Source: Methanotrichaceae archaeon (GTDB lineage: Archaea; Halobacteriota; Methanosarcinia; Methanotrichales; Methanotrichaceae). Taken from it: a stretch of DNA of 64,000 nucleotides. The stretch lies in the NCBI GenBank assembly GCA_963748825.1, contig CAVVKN010000002.1, positions 32,001 to 96,000 of the forward strand, written 5' to 3'. This document shows, piece by piece, positions 59,811 through 64,000 of the stretch; position 1 is the first letter of the stretch; each line of letters begins with the position of its first letter. Position numbers and translations under genes: made by a program. The notes beneath the pieces were generated by a model. That model did no database searches and was not told the DNA's origin. It saw only the letters and a program-made list of their open reading frames with translations.

Positions 59811-60662
59811 ATGGACGCTGATCTCTGGGCAAAAGAAGCAGATGAACTGTATCAACATGGCCAATTCGATGAAGCCATCCCATTTTACGAGAGGGTCATA
59901 GAGCAAGATCCGGAAAATGCAGAATTGTGGAACCGCAGAGGTTTGACCCTATGTCGCCTGGGCAGGCACCAGGAGGCCATTGATTCATTTGAGACCGCCC
60001 TGAAGATAGACCCGAAGTACACCGATGCCCAGAATAATAAAGGCGTTGTTTTCTACAAACAGAAGAGATACGATGAGGCCATGGCATATTTTGACGGGAT
60101 AATCAGGACGAATCCCCGGTACGTTAGAGCCTGGTACAACAAGGGCGTGGTCTTAGACAGGCAGGGAATGTACCGAGAGGCCGTCAATTATTACGATAGA
60201 ACCCTTGAGATGAATCCCGGCGGAGCTCGAGTATGGTGCAATCGAGGAGCGGCTCTGGGAAATATGGGCGACTACGAAGCAGCCTTGGACAGCTTTGACA
60301 GGTCCATAGCCCTGCAGCCAGAAAGAAGTGAGTTCTGGAACAACAAGGGAGCCGCTTTGGCAAAGCTGCACAGATACGATGAGGCAGTGGCGCATTTTGA
60401 CAGGGCACTTCAGATCGATCCAGAAAATGCCGATGCCTGGTACAACAGGGGCGAGGCTCTACGGCGTCTGAATCAGTTTGCGGAAGCGATCGAAGATTTT
60501 GATAGGGTCATTGAGATCGATGACCGGCATGCCAGAGCCTGGAACAGCAAAGGCCTTGCTCTCAAGGCTTTGGGCAAGGATAACGAGGCGGATGCAGCCT
60601 TTGCTAAAGGCTCAGAGCTAATGCTGAATGGGAGCAAGAGACAAGAAGCGCAGGAGATCTGA
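59811..60662 (+). CDS. tetratricopeptide repeat protein
   Basis: About 7-8 34-aa repeats AWYNKG..L...G.Y.EA...FD.AL.IDP. Confidence 0.93.
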   Translation: MDADLWAKEADELYQHGQFDEAIPFYERVIEQDPENAELWNRRGLTLCRLGRHQEAIDSFETALKIDPKYTDAQNNKGVVFYKQKRYDEAMAYFDGIIRTNPRYVRAWYNKGVVLDRQGMYREAVNYYDRTLEMNPGGARVWCNRGAALGNMGDYEAALDSFDRSIALQPERSEFWNNKGAALAKLHRYDEAVAHFDRALQIDPENADAWYNRGEALRRLNQFAEAIEDFDRVIEIDDRHARAWNSKGLALKALGKDNEADAAFAKGSELMLNGSKRQEAQEI

Positions 60663-61274
60663 TGCAGCGATGAATAGGAGGGAGGCAAAAGTCTTAGTGT
60701 AGGAGGGAAGAAAAGAGGTGCTTCGACTTTTGCCGATTAGACTATAAGCATTCGCCGATATTTAAGGATTTCGCCACGATAACTAATTGAGCAATCATAC
60801 CTCCGGAAAAGAACTACCAGATAATTACAAACCAGCCTAGTGTAATGCGCTCAGTGTCGTGGTGTACAAATACAAAGTTTTTATCATATCTGCTTTTGCG
60901 CTTGCTTTGTCAAGTAGCAACTCATTTGCTGGTTTGGAATATGGAAGAGCGAATCCTTATGCTTACTCTAGAATGCAATATGATCGCCTTGGCCACCTGC
61001 GAAGCCTGCGAAGAGTCCAACTAAGCAAAATCTTCTATATCAATCACAACCCTGAGCTTCCACTTTGCGGCTAGAATACGCAGCATACTCTCCTATCGAG
61101 CTTGCGTGGCTACCGCATGGCCCATCTTTCCAAAAGCCTCAACGTATTAGCCAAACCGACCTGCTGCAAGTTCGTCCGTCAATATTTATAAAGATTCTTG
61201 ATATATTCATCTGGAACTATAACGCCCTATTGTATGCACATTATTTTAGTTATATTTAAAGCATATATAAATTT

Positions 61275-63926
61275 CTACATTCGTTTTTCGGGTTTTTTTA
61301 TTATCATATCGGGATAGACCTTAAGTGGTCTACCATCAACGGTTCCAATTTCATAAGCATTTTTATCCCTGTAACGTGACGCATTTAATATTTCATCTAC
61401 TGTTATCCCCCAGAATTTTGCCAATGATTCGAGAACTACCCCACCAATTCCCTCTGCGAAAAATCGTTTACCAAACTCCTCAGCATTATGCTCTTCTAGA
61501 TAGTGAGGTTCTAACCAGATGTAATCCAGAGACCCTACCAAAATACCTTGTAAACCATCCTCTACCGCAATTACATTTGAGTTTAAATTAACTAATTTGT
61601 ATTTTTTTATTTCTTCCATCAATTCAAGTCGATCTATGATAAAAATCTCATCTTGGGAACCATGAAATTCAATTATTTGCTGAGAATTTATCCAGCCATG
61701 TGCATCATAAGCCACTGTAAGAGTTCCAATATCGCCGTTTAATTTTCTTATTATTAAAGATAGTGATGCTTGATCCTCTTGATTTTTGATCTTATCAAAA
61801 ATTAATTTAGCTTGTTCGGATGCCCATTTAGCCATATTTACTTTATCTGCAATTGGAATTGCTGAATCTCTTGATAATTTTGTTGTGTTGCCAATAAAAA
61901 TGCCCGCTAATCCATGTAAATCTGCAGCTCGCAAGCCGCCTACAGTGACAACACCTGATAAATATCTTCCAAATATTCGCATCATGTCTGAAGAGATACA
62001 ACCACGCGCAATAATATTTCCTGATTGATCATGCATTGTGCGCAAGTTATTTTTCATCAAATTGATAATATCTATTTTATTGGATCTTTTTTTGCTAAAC
62101 TCCGCAAATAACCAAACCCTCTCAAGAAATTTTTCCGGATCAAGATCTACCCAATCCGATGAGCGGATAACTAATCTTCGCTCACAATTCTCGTTTTCTA
62201 CAAATATATTAACATCTATGCTTGGACAAAGCCAAGTGCACAAATCCTCAAGAGAGCAAGCTGAACAACTTCGTTCAAGAGGAAATCGGGATATCATCGA
62301 TTTTAACGGATTTTTAAGCCATACGCGAACTCGTGTTCCGCCATCTCGAAGGATTTCAGAAGTTGTTGCTTTTCTCAATATAGGTCGTGAGCTTAGGCCA
62401 CAATCGAATTCTAATACTTGTGTATCGCGCTGAGCTGCATCGTATCGACGTGTGGTCACGGATATATGATCCCCCCACATGAATGCGGAGAAAAATCCTA
62501 TGCCAAACTTTCCGGTGCATTGGAGACCTTTAGACAACAACCCTGGAAATTCATTTATCATTAAGGTTGATCCCCAATAAGAACTGCCAAAATCTAATAA
62601 AGGCCCTGTCAGCACTTCTGTGGACATTCCTATGCCAGTATCCTCGATTTCTATCCAATCGCCTTCAGAATCCCTTCCCGTTCGGATACAAATATCACCC
62701 CAATCATTTGGACGTTCTTCAACTATCCTGCGAGTCCGAATTGCATCAGATCCATTCTGTATTAGTTCTCTAAGTGGAACTGTGAAATCTGGCCCATACA
62801 GATCTTCGCCACCAAATTTTTTAATAAGTTCTGGGACATCAGTAATTTTTATTCTTGCATCAATTGGAATCCAATTTTCGGTAGGGATTTGTTCTGCCAT
62901 CCTTATCGCGTCATTCACATTAGCTACTCCGCGAGCTGCAAATCGCTGTCGTCCTGAATCAGATAGAAGAGAATCAACTTGACTTAATTCGCGATCTATC
63001 ATGGTCAACGTATCAAAGCAAAGCCACCAAGAAGATGCTTCATTATTTGGAAATCTCGAACCAGATGTGAATACCAAGCGATCATTTTTAAGTAATGGTT
63101 GATGTAGATGGTCTTGAAAAACCCAGTGATCTCTTGAGCCTTGACTAGGTCTCCGAATGGATCTGAGGTAACATGGAGCCCTACTTGAATCTACATGACT
63201 AGCATCAGCAACCCTTAGCAGACATGCAAGTTTTAGGGGATCGATTTCCCATTCTTGAGGATATGGATGAAATGATCCAATTTTGCTTGGAAAACTCTCT
63301 TTTAGTTTCGAAACTGGCCACCAATGACTTTGTGCAAGCTTTCCAATAATGGGGCCATATTTATCGCGAAGTTCTACATTCTCTATTAAATGATACTCGT
63401 GATCATTTTCTTTCCATGAAATAAGGCATAGGCATTCTGCATATTTTGCATGTAAATTTCGCAATATTTGCTCTTTAGTCTTGAGAATGACTTCGTTATC
63501 CGCTTTTTGGATTTTGTCTCTATTCGGGATATGACCGATTTCATCCTTTAATATGGATGCTATAGTGTCACTCCAATTCGGTTCTCTACGCAGCTGATCA
63601 ATACCCTCTGGATAGGCTGCCAAACCCAAGCCCAAATCATGGATCAAGAAAGATCCACCTAGAACAAAGGCCTCCATCGGATTTAGCTCAAAATCATTTC
63701 CAGCAATTAAATCAGCAAGCTTCCATAATTTATCAAAATGGCTTGAATCATGAATTGTAAAGTCAGGCAAATCTCGCGCAATCTCATTTGCTAGTAAATT
63801 TGCATGTTTTCTAAATTCTCTATATTCATTCCTGAGTGATTCATAATGTATATAATATTTATCATCGTGATTATTTATTTTGCCTAACGATTTTTTCCAA
63901 ATGCCGGTTTCTTCATATTCAGACAT
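61275..63926 (-). CDS. HD-domain + HSP90-like (GHKL) ATPase protein
   Basis: FTIHDSSH, LIHDLG, HAK, SHW, LRVADA (HD); LYG...LRELIQNGSDA, DTGIGM, GKFGIGFFS.FM, GT.V (HSP90-type); AT-rich. Confidence 0.85.
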   Translation of the reverse strand: MSEYEETGIWKKSLGKINNHDDKYYIHYESLRNEYREFRKHANLLANEIARDLPDFTIHDSSHFDKLWKLADLIAGNDFELNPMEAFVLGGSFLIHDLGLGLAAYPEGIDQLRREPNWSDTIASILKDEIGHIPNRDKIQKADNEVILKTKEQILRNLHAKYAECLCLISWKENDHEYHLIENVELRDKYGPIIGKLAQSHWWPVSKLKESFPSKIGSFHPYPQEWEIDPLKLACLLRVADASHVDSSRAPCYLRSIRRPSQGSRDHWVFQDHLHQPLLKNDRLVFTSGSRFPNNEASSWWLCFDTLTMIDRELSQVDSLLSDSGRQRFAARGVANVNDAIRMAEQIPTENWIPIDARIKITDVPELIKKFGGEDLYGPDFTVPLRELIQNGSDAIRTRRIVEERPNDWGDICIRTGRDSEGDWIEIEDTGIGMSTEVLTGPLLDFGSSYWGSTLMINEFPGLLSKGLQCTGKFGIGFFSAFMWGDHISVTTRRYDAAQRDTQVLEFDCGLSSRPILRKATTSEILRDGGTRVRVWLKNPLKSMISRFPLERSCSACSLEDLCTWLCPSIDVNIFVENENCERRLVIRSSDWVDLDPEKFLERVWLFAEFSKKRSNKIDIINLMKNNLRTMHDQSGNIIARGCISSDMMRIFGRYLSGVVTVGGLRAADLHGLAGIFIGNTTKLSRDSAIPIADKVNMAKWASEQAKLIFDKIKNQEDQASLSLIIRKLNGDIGTLTVAYDAHGWINSQQIIEFHGSQDEIFIIDRLELMEEIKKYKLVNLNSNVIAVEDGLQGILVGSLDYIWLEPHYLEEHNAEEFGKRFFAEGIGGVVLESLAKFWGITVDEILNASRYRDKNAYEIGTVDGRPLKVYPDMIIKKPEKRM

Positions 63927-64000
63927 CTAAGCATCCATTGTATAATTAGGTATTAAATAGAGTATCGCATCATTTCAAAATCTTAAATGTTTTCTACAAC

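Noticed and set aside
60700-61260. Short ORFs 60859-61074 and 61065-61259, and a stop-interrupted minus-strand frame
   Set aside because: No recognisable motif; probably decayed sequence that cannot be assigned by eye.

Overview
Archaeal chromosomal window from a methanogen, most likely Methanothrix/Methanosaeta-like (Methanosarcinales-type). This is inferred from the F430 genes cfbB/cfbC, aTrm56, geranylgeranyl reductase, archaeal TIM, CDC48 and an S-layer protein with a PGF-CTERM-like tail. Most of the window is housekeeping. The centre (about 20.6-40.6 kb) is a nitrogen-assimilation cluster: an FMN glutamate-synthase-family gene, gdhA, and on the minus strand glnA, a split gltB1/2/3, fdhF and two 4Fe-4S genes. 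A ~7 kb AT-richer island (25.39-32.52 kb) lies in this cluster, bounded by a diverged 293-bp duplication of the last 4Fe-4S gene. The island carries a DUF2178/XRE pair, two 7-repeat beta-propeller proteins, an IS630-disrupted ArsR-type gene, and the best novelty candidate: a stand-alone cyanobactin PatA/PatG C-terminal-domain protein followed directly by a 58-aa peptide with 8 Cys, behind a doubled palindromic operator. Other signals are a shared TATA-linked TCATAA-N3-TTATGA box at nitrogen promoters (which also marks a small WERYLP-repeat ORF), an HSR1-like box before cdc48, a pseudo-CHAT/P-loop/TPR protein, an HD+HSP90-like ATPase, a degenerate HisB paralogue and several gene relics. All calls come from motif recognition by eye; no database searches were run. 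No rRNA, tRNA or CRISPR array was recognised.
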